This document shows positions 48,925 to 49,298 of a DNA stretch of 49,298 nt, piece after piece. The first letter of the stretch is position 1; each line of letters starts with the position of its first letter. Made by a program: the position numbers and the translations under genes. The notes below the pieces were generated by a model. It saw nothing but the letters and a program-made list of their open reading frames with translations. It made no database searches and was not told where the DNA came from. Location of the stretch: contig JBQEQV010000024.1 of NCBI GenBank assembly GCA_052043585.1, positions 1 through 49,298 on the forward strand, read 5' to 3'. This DNA is from Anaplasma sp. Its GTDB lineage: Bacteria; Pseudomonadota; Alphaproteobacteria; Rickettsiales; Anaplasmataceae.

Positions 48925-49298
48925 CTAGGCGCTTTTTGGGATTTTGTTGAAATCTAGCACCAAGTGGTACACATTCAGAGAGGACACGGACAGGCCAACC
49001 CTGTTTTTGTACAACGCTAGATTTTCCTTGTCACATACCCGAACTCCATCCATGAACCCGTCTACCGCCATTCCTAATCCATACAACGCCTCCATAGCTT
49101 CAGAAAAGCGATGTTCCTTCACTAGTGTACCGAGAAGTTTCTTGTAATACTTCACATTGTTATACAGTTCCAATTCACAGCTCGTAAGGCACAGTTTTTT
49201 ATCAAATTTATCGCTCATGTCTGCCAGGTCCTCTTTGCTCACGATGTTGTGCACCCTCCGGTACGTGGTCAACACCTTTTGCCCCCTTGTGGTCTGCA
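48925..49298 (-). CDS. glyS: Glycine-tRNA ligase beta subunit, C-terminal part (partial)
   Basis: YRRV.NI...E..L....VD.F.D.V.V....NR......DF.KI fits the GlyS DALR anticodon-binding C-terminus. The frame runs off the window. Confidence 0.85.
   Translation of the reverse strand, partial: QTTRGQKVLTTYRRVHNIVSKEDLADMSDKFDKKLCLTSCELELYNNVKYYKKLLGTLVKEHRFSEAMEALYGLGMAVDGFMDGVRVCDKENLALYKNRVGLSVSSLNVYHLVLDFNKIPKSA

Overview
A 49.3 kb chromosomal window of roughly 50% GC (judged by eye) from an obligate intracellular Anaplasmataceae bacterium, most likely an Anaplasma species. The assignment rests on gene content and order: ribA-virB8-virB9-virB10-virB11-virD4, then fdxA, nadA, portal, prohead protease, CBS/CorC gene, hemE, coxC, ruvC, plsY, nadC, dnaJ and glyS. 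Most of the window is housekeeping genes (ispD/F, ychF, tldD, pdhB, hemJ, dapD/E/F, purF, recG, mnmE, xseA, pgk and others), plus two tRNA-Leu genes and the T4SS core operon. It also holds an isolated gene-transfer-agent-like portal and protease pair and the probable replication origin, a DnaA-box-rich gap between the CBS/CorC gene and hemE. I see no IS elements, CRISPR arrays, rRNA or recognisable defence system, and I cannot demonstrate a wholly new system. The best leads are: (i) a tRNA-Leu gene abutting ribA at the head of the T4SS operon, followed by an attenuator-like virB8 leader; (ii) the GTA-like head module next to oriC, together with comF; (iii) orphan membrane or effector-like proteins, including a 966-aa protein with a C-terminal two-helix anchor; (iv) small ORFs below the track cut-off, between ispD and ispF and at 26.4 kb. 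Gene calls come from recognised motifs, not database searches. Some starts were moved relative to the ORF track.
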